Positions 41,426 to 55,843 of a stretch of 64,000 nucleotides of DNA are shown here, piece after piece. The stretch is taken from assembly GCA_951406725.2 (NCBI GenBank), contig OX597839.1:37696001-37760000 (forward strand). Reading direction: 5' to 3'. The position numbers and the translations under genes were made by a program. Within the stretch, counting starts at the first letter, position 1; each line of letters starts with the position of its first letter. The notes beneath the pieces were generated by a model. That model ran no database searches. It was not told the origin of the DNA and worked only from the letters and a program-made list of their open reading frames with translations. The DNA is from Octopus vulgaris. Its lineage: Eukaryota.

Positions 41426-41960
41426 GGTTTTTTGTATTTATATTCGTGTGGCATCGTCCGTTTTTCTGTCCTTGTTTCGTATACATTCGATCCTTTTTCC
41501 ATTTCCAAGAAATCAAATGCTCGTAGCTTAGTTTTTTCTTGGGGCTGGCCGGATCGGAGCGATCTCAAGATTAATCAGCCGAAATTGCGAGGATGATCCG
41601 GTTCTTGACTGAAGATTAGAGGCTTCGAATGACCCGTTCGTTTTTTGTGTCGTCTATTTGAGTGTTTTGCGTACTTGATCCATTTTGTATTTTTATATAT
41701 ATTATATTTTAATATATTGGATTGTTTAATATATATGCCTGCATTGAGTGTGAGTGTGTCTGTTGTGGTTTCTTGATGTTGGTTGAGGAGCTGTGGAGTT
41801 CAATATGGAACATTATTGTGTTTGTTGATGTATATTGATCTATATTGTTTATATTGTATTATTGTGTATATATATATATGTAAGAATATGAGTATGTATG
41901 CACACATATTTATATTTATATGTAAATTATTTAGGATTTGTACTCATACTTGCATTAAAA

Positions 41961-42072
41961 TCTCTGAAGAGGCTGTAAGATATTCTTGTTAATGTCTCAT
42001 TTATACCTGCATTATATGGCTAATAGGTTAAATGAGACATACCAGTCTTCACGGCCGAAACAGCTGTCAGCT
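41961..42072 (+). ncRNA. Hammerhead ribozyme with long stem II
   Basis: CTGAAGA (41964) GGCTGT..ACGGCC GAAA (42057) CAGCTG TC. Perfect 12-bp inner helix 41992-42003/42029-42040. Stem I is weak (ATCT/AGCT). Confidence 0.72.
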
Positions 42073-42234
42073 ATAATGTAAATGTATATATCTATGTCTT
42101 GTTATATTTGTACTATATTAATGTATAATATCATTCCTATTGTGTAGTGTTTTATTAAAGTATTGATTCGGTATTATCTGATAGTTGATGATTGATTTAG
42201 ATATATTTCTCCATTTTCTCATTTTGTATATTTG

Positions 42235-42273
<39 letters not shown>

Positions 42274-43052
42274 CTATATATACATACATATATATATATA
42301 TATATATGCATATATAATGTGTGTATGTGTATTTGTTGTTGCGTTTGTCTCTGCATTCACCCGACAACCAGTGTTGGTTTGTAGATTTGTCTATGTCCTC
42401 GTAACTTATCAGTACCGCAAAAAAAACCAAACAAGTAAAAAAAAAAACGAAAAAAACGATAGGATGAATACTAGACTGAAATATAAATACTGCAGTCGAT
42501 TTGTTAAACTAAAAACCTTCGAGGTAGTACTCCAGCATGGCCGCAGTCGAATGACTGAAGCAAATGAAAGACATCCAATGATTGTCCTCATATATACATA
42601 AACTTAAAAAAGAGCAAAACAGTACAAAATATAAAACAAAACACCCACCTCTCATAAAAAACAAAACGAATATATTTCTCCGATCATGGGAGTGTCAAAA
42701 TGGTATGTGTATTTGCTAGAGCAATTTTGTATACTAAAAATGGTAAATATCCATATATATATTTCTCCAGAGAATTAGCAAAACAGGATTTATAATTACA
42801 TTTGATGGCATCTCAAGATGAGCAAATCGATCAATAACGCTAACTTGTTTTTCTCTAAGATAAATGGATTAAGAGATTATTTTTTTTTTAGACTCAGTTT
42901 AAGGTCTGGAGAAACACAGCCTTCCGGGTGGTCTCCTGGAGAGAGTTATTTTTTCCTAGTTTAGTTAATGAGTGCACACATTGCTAAAGGCCTAATTTTA
43001 ATTAATAAAATTTTGGGGCTGACTACAAGAAGTATGTCATATCTCATTTTAG

Positions 43053-43129
<77 letters not shown>

Positions 43130-43294
43130 GTCTGTCTGCCTGTCTGTCTGTCTGTCTCTCTATCTATCTATGCATCGCATTTTTACTGCCTTACACACCA
43201 GCATGAAATAGACATTTATAAATCTACCTACAGGCAACTAGAGCCACATGGGCACACACACACATCCACACACACACACACACACACACACACA

Positions 43295-43327
<33 letters not shown>

Positions 43328-43480
43328 CACTCACGTACTCCCTTTACACTCACATAGATTTGACATCAAACATGCAGAGTCATATTCTCACACAGACATT
43401 GCCTGCCACACAGAACAGTACATAAACACCCTACACAAACACACAGATGCAAATACACATTATACGACACACACACACAT

Positions 43481-43539
<59 letters not shown>

Positions 43540-43665
43540 GAAAGCATTAAAACCTTTCAATAAGTTAAAATTTGGAAGCGATTCGGGCGTCGACATTATA
43601 ACAAGGCAGCCATTATCACCGCCATCCCCAACTCTAACCCCTACAACCGCAACAACCGCAGCAAC

Positions 43666-43696
<31 letters not shown>

Positions 43697-43923
43697 ACCA
43701 CAACCACCACCACTACCATCACCACCAATACCACCACTACAACCACCACCACCACCACCACCAACCACTACCATCACCACCAATACAACCACCACCACCA
43801 CCACCACCACCACCACCACCACCACCACCACCACCACCACCACCACCACCACCACCACCACCACCACCACCATCACCACCAATACAACCATCACCACCAC
43901 CACCGCCGCCGCCGCCTTTCTGC

Positions 43924-43969
<46 letters not shown>

Positions 43970-44524
43970 CAATAAAATATACAAAATAGGACAAGAACGC
44001 AAAACATTCAAATAGACGATACAAAAAACACGGACGGGCCACGAGATATTCCTCATTGAGTCCCTGCAGTCTCTGCGTCACGGGCAACGTTATGACCTCC
44101 ACAGGCTACCTGCGGAGGCCATTCGTGATCCTGCGTGAAGCCACTTACCACACAGCAACTCCTGCACCTGTTCACGGACAGAAAAACACAAAGAACAGCA
44201 ATGGAGGTTGCAGATTTTAACACTGTTTGGTGTTTATCCAGCAACTGTGCACCTTCGCTAACTATCCATGATCTCACGATTTATAAACCCTCTAAAACCA
44301 GTGACTAAAGTAATCTGGGTAGATTAATTAGCATATTTAATGCCTTCTTTGCGACTAGTTTGAATATTTAATTACTAGCGTATTAGCAAATGTTTCGTTT
44401 CGTGGCTGCAATGTACCGAAGACTAATCTATTGGACTGTCGACTTGCTTTTTTTCTTTTTAGCTAACACTGTCTGTTACGACGGCTGTAAACATTACCTC
44501 TATATACACAACACACATAATTCT

Positions 44525-44556
<32 letters not shown>

Positions 44557-44606
44557 TGTAGTATCATCAGAAGTTGTTTATTAGCTGAAGAGATAAATGA
44601 GTACAG

Positions 44607-44637
<31 letters not shown>

Positions 44638-44687
44638 TGTATGTATGTATGTATGTATGTATGTATGTATGTATGTATGTATGTATG

Positions 44688-44744
<57 letters not shown>

Positions 44745-44839
44745 GTATAATATATATATATATATATATATACATTTGCATATATACACATATATACATA
44801 CATATATATGTATATATATATAATATACAGAGAAAGAGA

Positions 44840-44885
<46 letters not shown>

Positions 44886-45051
44886 GAGAAGGAGGGAGAG
44901 ATAATCATCAGACGTTGTTTATTACCAGAGATAAATGAGTAGAGATTGTTAGATATATATATATATATATATGTGATATAATATATATAGATATGTATAT
45001 GCATATATATTAATATATGTATACATATACATGCATACACACACACATATG

Positions 45052-45122
<71 letters not shown>

Positions 45123-45224
45123 CATATATATGCATATGGGGTGTGTGTGAGTGCGTTTGTGTGTGTATAGACAGAGAGATGGATAGATTAGTAGTTAGAG
45201 CGAGGGAGAGTAGGGGTAAGAGTG

Positions 45225-45264
<40 letters not shown>

Positions 45265-45416
45265 GGAGAGAGGGAGAGAGAGAGAGGGAATGATAGGGGT
45301 AGGTGAGGTAGAACAACGATACAAATTAGAACAAAACAAAAAAAGTCTATTAGTCATATGATATATAACGGGAGTGAAGGAGAAAGATAGAGAGATAGAA
45401 GGAAACATAGATGAAT

Positions 45417-45456
<40 letters not shown>

Positions 45457-45749
45457 AGAGAGTGCGAGGAGTGAGTAAGAGGCTGGGAAGGAGTGATTAA
45501 GAGGGTGGAGAGGAGGGAGTAGGAGGTGGCAGCGAGAGGATAGGTTTCTATGGCTAACGGTGAGATTGTGTTGATATCGTTGAGAACACAATTGAACATG
45601 GATGTCAATGATCTCTTGATGTTGTTTATTACATGTCATGCTATTATACACACAGCACAATATCCAAAAAAACAGATTCATGAAAATGGATATCCATCCA
45701 TCCATCCATCCGTCCGTCCGTCCGTCCGTCTATCCATCTATCTATATCC

Positions 45750-45825
<76 letters not shown>

Positions 45826-46218
45826 CTATAAATCTCTCTCTCTCTCTCTTCCCTCTCTCTCCCTCTCCCTCTCTCTCTCTGTCTGTCTGTCTATCTATCT
45901 ATCTCTGGAATACACACTCATACACACACACACATATATATATGCATATATATTATTTATGCTATAATATACGCACGCACGCCCATGTGCGTATACATAT
46001 ATATAAATACGCATACAAATATATGTACTAGTTTGCGAGTTTCCATATGTGAGTATATGCATATTTATATAAACACATATACACATGTTTATATACACGC
46101 ACATATAATTACCAATACGCATATATGTAGATGTATATGTAATACATTATATATATATAGTACATTTTATATGTATATGTATATATATATATAGCATATT
46201 ATATATATATATATATAT

Positions 46219-46324
<106 letters not shown>

Positions 46325-47026
46325 GTGTCTTTCTTGCGCTCTCTCCCACTCTGCACCACTTTTCTCATTTTCTTGCTCTCCCTCTCTACTTTCTCTCTCA
46401 TCATAACCCTCCTTTCTCTCTCTCTCTCCCTCTATTCCTCTCCACTTATTCCTCCTACTCCTCACCATCCTATCTGGAACATTCCATTAATATACCGTTA
46501 AACGATGGTCAATGAGCCGTTCTCACTACAGTCAACAAGTTCCTTTACAGACCTCCACCACCACCAACAACACCACCTCCACCATCATCATCACCACCAT
46601 CGTTATCACTATCAACATCATTATTATAATCATCAGCACCACTACCGCCGTCGACACCGCCACGACCATCACCACCACTTCGATTTGCATCAATGACCCT
46701 CTCTTCCTCCTTCTTGTTGTTATTGTCGTCGTCGTCGTCATCATCATCATCATCATCATAATCAACATCATCTCACCATCACCTTACCACCATCACAACC
46801 ATCGCTGTCCCCACCGACACCGTCACCACCATCGCCGCTATCATCGTGACCATATCCACGATCATCTTCTTGATCCACCACCACCACCACCACCACCACC
46901 ACCACCACCACCACCACCACCACCACCACCACCACTACCATCACCACCGCCACCACCACCAACACCACCACGACCACCGCCACCACCACCACCACCACCA
47001 CCACCACCACCACCACCACCACCACC

Positions 47027-47058
<32 letters not shown>

Positions 47059-47701
47059 CAACATCGCCTCTATCACCTTCACTATGCCCCGCCGCCTCAG
47101 TGCCACCTCCAACGAATATTACCATCCGCTCCATCATCTCCGTACCACTGGTCCTGGTGCTCGTCTTCCATTTTGTTCCCAACCCTCCCTCCCTCCCTCC
47201 CACCATCCCCTCTCCTCCCTCCTCAATCAGCCATCAACAACCTCGTCACCAATAATGAAAAAAAGATATCTTCTCTCACTTTACAACTAACGAAACCAAA
47301 AGATCTTTCCACAAAGATGTGGAAACAAAAAAAAAAAAAAAAAGCAGAAAGACAAACCACTACATTTCCACCACCACCACCCATGGCCTACCCATCTCTC
47401 TACTTCTATCATCACTCGACGCTTACCACCTGCCACCCCTCTTCTCTCCCACCCTGCCCCCTAAAAACAACCTCCCCTCCCCGTATTGCACCTTCGTCCA
47501 ATCGCCACCCTCACCCTCGCCCTCGCCCAACTCTCGCGAAACGTCCAACACTCTGCAGCACTTCACTAGGATCTTCAAATGTCCACAAGTGGTTCTTCAA
47601 AGAAACACCGAAGAAACAGCACAACGCCATTCGATAGGGCGAGGCGAGCAGGGATACGAAGGCAGAACTTGACGCCGGCACAAACTAAACAAACCCAACC
47701 A

Positions 47702-47752
<51 letters not shown>

Positions 47753-47788
47753 TGAATATGTGTATTTATATACATACACACATATATG

Positions 47789-47823
<35 letters not shown>

Positions 47824-48143
47824 ATAAGTATATACATACACACACATATATATATTTATATATATATATATATAAATATGTCATATATGTATATATATAT
47901 ATATATATGCATATATGTATATATATATATATATACATATATATACATATATATACATATATATATATATAAACATATAAAGTATACTTGCATACATCTG
48001 TGCGAGTGTATGTATATATATATATATAGATATATGTATGTGTGTATGTGTGTATGTGTATATATATATATATATATATATACATATATATACACACACA
48101 TATATATATATACATATATATACACACACATATATATATATAC

Positions 48144-48174
<31 letters not shown>

Positions 48175-48417
48175 TGTATGTATGTATGTATGTATGTATG
48201 TATATATGTATGTGTGTATGTGTGTGTGAATGTATAGAGTGTGAAAGTCTGTGTGTGAATATGTTTCAAAAAATGTTCTGAATCCAATATGGCCGAAAAT
48301 ATAATATTTAAACTAACCGTTTCTTTTTTTCTTCTTCTAGTTGTTGCCGTTGTTGTCCTCCCCATCATCACCAACATCATCCCCATCACAACCACCTCCT
48401 CCTCCGCCCTATTATTA

Positions 48418-48511
<94 letters not shown>

Positions 48512-48992
48512 CAATTCTTTGTTGTTTACTTTTAAGAGAGTTAAAAATTTGCTGCAGAGAAATCTCGCAGTTTATTTGTCAATGATTCCTTCCACCATTT
48601 TCCCCTTTTTTTTCTTTCTTTCGTTTCCCTTTTCTTTATTTTCCTCACTTCCCTTTCACCGACCCCCGCCTCCCCCTAACTTTCCTTACTTCATCTTCCG
48701 ACTACCACAGCTTGGCATAATTCGTTAGAGCCCCGAATAAAAGAAACCTTTTCATGATGTGCTTCGTCCCTGTTACGTGCCGGATTCGAATTAATCGAAA
48801 ATGCCCCCTCCCTACCACCACTGGACTCTCACTAAATAATCAACTAAGAATTTCCTCCTGGTGGATTTGAACTCAATATTGTAAGGTTCAGTAGAGTAAA
48901 ATAGGGGTCCATAGGCAAAAAATGATGGTTGCGAATCCCTGGTGGAGAGTCCCTTCTGCGACCGCTTCTTAGATATTCTAGTAACCATCATA

Positions 48993-49631
48993 GAGTAATC
49001 CCAAGCCATATCGCGGTTCACCCATCGCGGCTCACCTATCGTCGTTCACCTATCGCGGTTTATTATTTAAGCTTACGTCGATTCCTCTGTGGTGTTGTTT
49101 TTCATTTATCATAAAATAAATATACACAGGAGTGGCTGTGTGGTAAGTAGCTTGCTAACCAACCACATGGTTCCGGGTTCAGTCCCACTGCGTGGCATCT
49201 TGGGCAAGTGTCTTCTGCTATAGCCCCGGGCCGACCAATGCCTTGTGAGGGGATTTGGTAGACGGAAACTGAAAGAAGCCTGTCGTATATATGTATATAT
49301 ATATGTGTGTGTGTGTGTGTTTGTGTTTGTCCCCCTAGCATTGCTTGACAACCGATGCTGGTGTGTTTACGTCCCCGTCACATAGCGGTTCGGCAAAAGA
49401 GACCGATAGAATAAGTACTGGGCTTACAATGAATAAGTCCCGGGGTCGATTTGCTCGACTAAAGGCGGTGCTCCAGCATGGCCGCAGTCAAATGACTGAA
49501 ACAAGTAAAAAGAAAAAAAGAAAAAAAAGAGAAATTATAAAAATATATATAGTACTGTTTCTACTTCGCGGATTCAGACCTATCGCGGGAGGTTTTGGAA
49601 CGTAACGCTCGCGATAGTCGAGGGATTACTG
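48993..49631. mobile_element. Tigger/pogo-like MITE interrupted by a SINE
   Basis: TA|GAGTAATCCCAAGCCATATCGCG ... CGCGATAGTCGAGGGATTACTG. Internal CACCTATCGCGG microrepeats; SINE at 49127-49530 nested inside. Confidence 0.62.
49127..49530 (+). mobile_element. SINE family A, full length
   Basis: Same subfamily variants (GGCATCTTGGG, CCCCGTCAC) as 22267. Confidence 0.9.
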
Positions 49632-49656
49632 TGTATAAGAACAGTCCAACAACACC

Positions 49657-50048
49657 TGGCAGAAACGTTAGCATTCCGGGCGAAATGCTTAGCTGTATTT
49701 CGTCTGCCGTTACGTTCTGAGTTCAAATTCCGCCGAGGTCGACTTTGCTTTTCATCCTTTCGGGGTCGATAAATAAAGTATCAGTTATGCACTGGGGTCG
49801 ATGTAATCGACTTAATCCGTTTGTCTGTCCTTGTTTGACCCCTCTGTGCTTAGCCCCTTGTGGGTAGTAAAGAAATAGGTATTTCGTTTGCCGTTACGTC
49901 CTGAGTTCAAATTCCGCCGAGGTCGACTTTGCTTTTCATCCTTTCGGGGTATCAGTTATGCACTGGGGTCGATGTAATCGACTTAATCCGTTTGTCTGTC
50001 CTTGTTTGTCCCCTCTATGTTTAACCCCCTATGGGCAATAAAGAAATA
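49657..50048 (+). mobile_element. SINE family C with tandemly repeated body
   Basis: The body repeats after the junction AAGAAATA|GGTATTTCG. Confidence 0.88.
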
Positions 50049-51261
50049 AGAACAGTCTAACAACACCAGTAAAAAGATGTGAACAGCCAGTAAAACTAGG
50101 TTTGACAGAGAGAAAATTTTGAAGTTAAAACGATAAATAAAAACCTGCTAAAATCAATTTCTTGTTAAAGAGGTTGTTCACGACTCTTTTATTGAAGAGT
50201 TCCACAACAAAGTAAGGCAGAGCGAGCACATAAAAGTAGGCGTCGTGACACATCCCAAACAATTTTTAACTCATTTCTCTTAGGCTACACGGAATATTTC
50301 ATTAGTTATAACATATACTGTTTTACTCTTTTACTTGTTTCAGTCATTTGACTGCGGCCATGCTAGAGCACTGCCTTTTAGTCGAGCAAATCGACCCCAG
50401 GACTTATTTTTTTGTAAGCCTAGTACTTAATCTATCGATATCTTTTGCCGAACCGCTAAGTTACGGGGACGTAAACACACCGACATCTGTTGTCAAGACA
50501 CACAAACACACACACACACACACACGCACACGCACACATATATGTATATGTGTGTGTGTGTGTGTGTGCGTGTGTTTGTGTGTGTGTGTGTGTGTATGTG
50601 TGTTTGTGTGTCTTGACAACAGATGTTGGTGTGTTTACGTCCCCGTAACTTAGCGGTTCGGCAAAAGAGATCGATAGAATAAGTACACACACACACACAT
50701 ATATATATATGTGTGTGTGTGTGCGTGTGTTTGTGTGTGTGTTTGTATGTGTGAGTCTCGTCACCGAAATTTGAACTCAGAACGTAAAGGCGGACTTTGT
50801 TTCAATTTGGACAATTGTCGCATTTAATTCTTTAACTGACAATTTATAATCAGTTTAATACGATAGATTTAAATTCTGGAATTGTAAACATCTGCAGGCT
50901 TTGTGTATGTTCAGAAAGAATTCTATAATTTGAAGACGGATTCATGCAGGTCTTGGTAACAAGATCAAATGTCTTGGCAATCAGATTAAACAGTCTGATT
51001 GTTGGATTAAAAGTATTGGTTAGAAAGAAGAAAGGTATTAAACGCGTATTAATGGAAGAGATTAAAAAGATAACTGATGAGACAAACTATCCAGAAACAG
51101 TGGTTTATAAATATGCGCTGAGAATAATAATTTGTATTTACATTTACAAACGAAGGAATGAATGAAATAAACATGTGCAGGACATGAAAGAGTTTTTCCG
51201 AAGAAAAATGAAGAAATATAAAAACAACATGAAATGTAAGCGAGACGTGCATTTTAAATGG

Positions 51262-51339
<78 letters not shown>

Positions 51340-51441
51340 GCCTGTCTGTCTGTCTTTCTGCTTGCCTGTCCGTCTGTCTGCCTGCCTGTCTGTCCGTCTG
51401 TCCGTCCGTCTGTCTATCTATCTGTCTCTATCTATCCATTC

Positions 51442-51525
<84 letters not shown>

Positions 51526-52201
51526 GCCTATCTGTCTGTCTTTCTGCTTGCCTGTCTGTCTGTCTTTCTGCTTGCCTGTCCGTCTGTCTGTCTGCCTGTC
51601 TGTCCGTCTGTCCGTCCGTCTGTCTATCTATCTGTCTCTATCTGGATCCGACTCCCTTCTTGCTCTGTCCCCTTTCTTACCCCACCCCGCCAATATAGTG
51701 TAGAACTATCGCTGGAAACACTGTCATTGTGCTACCACTATAACCGACACTACAACCTCGGCCACCATTGCTACTACCATCGTATCATTACACCCTTCAC
51801 CACCACCACCACCACCACCACCACAACCATCAACGCCGTCACCATACCTATTTCTTTACTACCCACAAGGGGCTAAACACGGAGGTGACAAACAAGGACA
51901 GACAAACGGATTAAGTCGATTATATCGACCCCAGTGCGTAACTGGTACTTAATTTATCGACCCTGAAAAGATGAAAGGGAAAGTCGACCTCGGCGGAATT
52001 TGAACTCAGACCGAGGTCGACTTTCCCTCTCATCCTTTCGGGGTCGATAAATTAAGTACCAATTACGCCGTCACCATACCTCCACCAACACTTCCATTAA
52101 CTTGACTACCACTTCCATCACCATCACCACCACCACCACCACCACCACCATCGTCTCTACTACTACTGCTACTACTACTACTGCTACTGCTGCTGCTGCT
52201 G

Positions 52202-52233
<32 letters not shown>

Positions 52234-52300
52234 ACTACTACTACTACTACTACTGCTGCTACTGCTACTACTACTGCTGCTACTACTACTGCTGCTACTA

Positions 52301-52335
<35 letters not shown>

Positions 52336-52368
52336 TCTACTGCTACTACTACTACTACTACTGCTACA

Positions 52369-52422
<54 letters not shown>

Positions 52423-52521
52423 GCTACAACTAACTGCATCCCAATCGCTACCACAACCAACACCACTACTACCACGACATCCATCATTACAATCGTTATC
52501 GTCCACAAAAACACTACCACC

Positions 52522-52561
<40 letters not shown>

Positions 52562-52644
52562 TCACTATACCCTCAAAACAGTAATTACCTGTTATTGAAG
52601 TTATTGTTTATCTAATTTCAGACAATTACACACACACACACTTG

Positions 52645-52699
<55 letters not shown>

Positions 52700-52744
52700 G
52701 AACATACACATGCACACACACATATGCATACATACATACATACA

Positions 52745-52778
<34 letters not shown>

Positions 52779-53231
52779 CACATACATACATACATACATA
52801 CATACATTCACACACTCACATGCATATACAACCACAGGTAATAATATACACACGCATAGACCAATGCGTATTAATCCATACATTTATACACACACACGCA
52901 TACGCACACACACACACACACACGCATATATAGACACATAGATGCATACACACGCGCATACATAAACACACGTACAAATATGCACACACATATTTATACA
53001 TGCATACACAGACACACAGATTCATACATATATACACCTGTACTCATACATATACACATACATATACACATACGCACACATACATATATACACGTACATA
53101 TGCTCATATACATATATTCAAACGTATACATTTATACACACTCACACACATACACATATACACATATTCACATATATACATACACATACGCACGCACACA
53201 CATATATCCATACATAAATTTATACATACAT

Positions 53232-53297
<66 letters not shown>

Positions 53298-55243
53298 ATC
53301 CGTATGTATGTATGTATGTATGTATACACACACACATATATATGTAAATACACACATGCAAATACATGCACACATACACACAAACACATATACACACATA
53401 TATATGTGCACGCATATACACACATAATACACTTATATACATAAATATATACGCATACATAAATTTATACAGATATATGTATATATATATAAATATATAC
53501 ATCCTAATACTGGCATACACACATACGATGTCATACTTGTCCCACACGCACACATACATGCACACATACATGCACACATACACACACACATACACACACA
53601 TACACACACACATACACACACATACACACACATACACACACACACATACATTCATACATACATACATACATACTATACACACACATACATACATACATAC
53701 ATACATACATACACACACAAATACATACATACATACATACACACACACACGCACATTCACACTCAAACTCGCACATATACACATATGCACATATCCACAC
53801 ACACATAATACATATATACATACACACACAATGTGACCAATTTGTCAGTACGAACAGCACCAGCACCGCAACACTCCTCCCCCTTCGCACCACCCCCACT
53901 CTCACCCACCGCCCACTCCTCGTTATTCTCCTCCTCCTCTTTTGTTTCTACAGTCTTCCTCTTACTACCCCCCTCGCTATCACATTTCTCCATTCCCCAC
54001 CCATTCTTTTTATTTGTAATCGATTTCGATCCCCGCCCACCACCACCACCACCACCACCACCACCACCACCACCACCACCATCACCACCACCACCACCAC
54101 CACCACCACCACCACCACCACAACCACCACAACCACTACCACAACCACCACCACCACCACCACCATCAGCATAGCCACCACACCACCACCACCACCACCA
54201 TTATACTCAAGATTACCAGCACCATCACAACTACAACCGCCAGTACCAACAACACCAGCTTCACAACTATCATCACCACCACCATCACCCTTCCACCACC
54301 ACTGACACACCCCGCCGTCGCCACTGCCTCCACCATTGCCACCGACCAAACATCCATTACAGTAACTCAACTGCCGCTGTTAGACCATAACCATCACCAC
54401 CACCACTACCATGACGACGGCCACCACCACCACCACCACTGCCATTTCCCTCCCACCGTCCTCTAACCACTGTTGCACACAACACTACACTACAACCAGA
54501 CTAGTCTATGCAACAGTACAGAACCCCACACAGCACCACTTGTGACTGCATCACGCTATACAACACTGCACAACATTACACCATACTAAACCACACTACA
54601 CATCACCTATACTTCATCACACAACATCACTCTACACCACATATTATAGTACCACAACACTACATCACACTATCATAAGAATAATGATAGTCCTTCCTAC
54701 TTTGGGCACAAGGCGTGAAATTCTGGTGGAAAAGGAAGCCAGTCGGTTACATTAACCCCCAATCTTCAACTGGTACCTCTCTTATCGAGCCTGAAATGAT
54801 AAAATGTAAAGCTGACCGCGGCATGATATGAACTCCTGTTGAGTAGGTAGAAACGCTGCTGAGCAGAAGGAGTGGGTTAGGATACGGCTTCCTCATATAT
54901 TTTGGAGCTTCAACACACGCACACACACACCCTCTAAACACACACATGCATACACACATTTATACACTCACGAAATATGTTTGTCATATATTTCAACTGC
55001 ATAAGAGAGGTTTTTTTTCCACGGTAACTGCAATGTATTTGCCTCTAGCTGTTGAAATATGACAAACATATTTTAACTAATCTAAATTGTGCTCATACCT
55101 AAACACTGCTTTGCGCCAATGCTTCGTTATTTATCTAGATCGGGCGATCTACTAGCGCAAATCCAGTCAAAACCGTGTTGACTGAATTATATATAAAGCT
55201 ACAAGCTTTATTTGGTTCGTTTAGAGTCCCCACTCTTAGCTAC

Positions 55244-55290
55244 ATCTCATTGACAAGAGTCAAATAACTCGAAACATCGATGTCTGAGAT
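55244..55290 (+). ncRNA. Minimal type I hammerhead ribozyme (U3-A8 variant)
   Basis: ATCTCA-TTGACAA-GAGT-caaata-ACTC-GAAA-CATCGATG-TC-TGAGAT: 6-bp stem I, 4-bp stem II, palindromic stem III, GUC site at 55282-55284. Confidence 0.8.
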
Positions 55291-55467
55291 TCCTGACAGA
55301 TGGCAACACTGGAACGAACTGGTGTTTTCACACCCTTTTACCATAAGAGAGATTTTTTTTTCTCCACGGTAACTTCAGTGTATTTGCCTTTAGCAGTTGA
55401 ACTATGTGACAAACATTTTTCAACTAATCTAAATTGTGCTCATACCTAAACACTGCTTTGCGCCAAT

Positions 55468-55521
<54 letters not shown>

Positions 55522-55753
55522 TAAAAGTAATTAAGATTCAAGTGAGTTCTGTTAATTCACATGAATGCGTCCCTGTAAGTTTAGATTTATTACCCCAGAA
55601 ATCTAATATGGTATTAACCATAAGATAATGATTATAAACAAGAAAGCAACAAAATGGATCAATATATATATTATGCAAATATAGCATATATCACTTGTAT
55701 TTGCTGCAATATATAGCCTTAATATAGCTGGTCTATATACGAAATTGTATATA

Positions 55754-55843
<90 letters not shown>

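Noticed and set aside
46512-47672. Long His/Pro-rich ORFs
   Set aside because: Dominated by (ACC)/(ATC) repeats, with no domain or credible splice structure.
50830-51170. Possible Penelope RT C-terminal remnant (EEIKKITDETNYPETVV)
   Set aside because: Only a vague resemblance; not supportable without a profile search.
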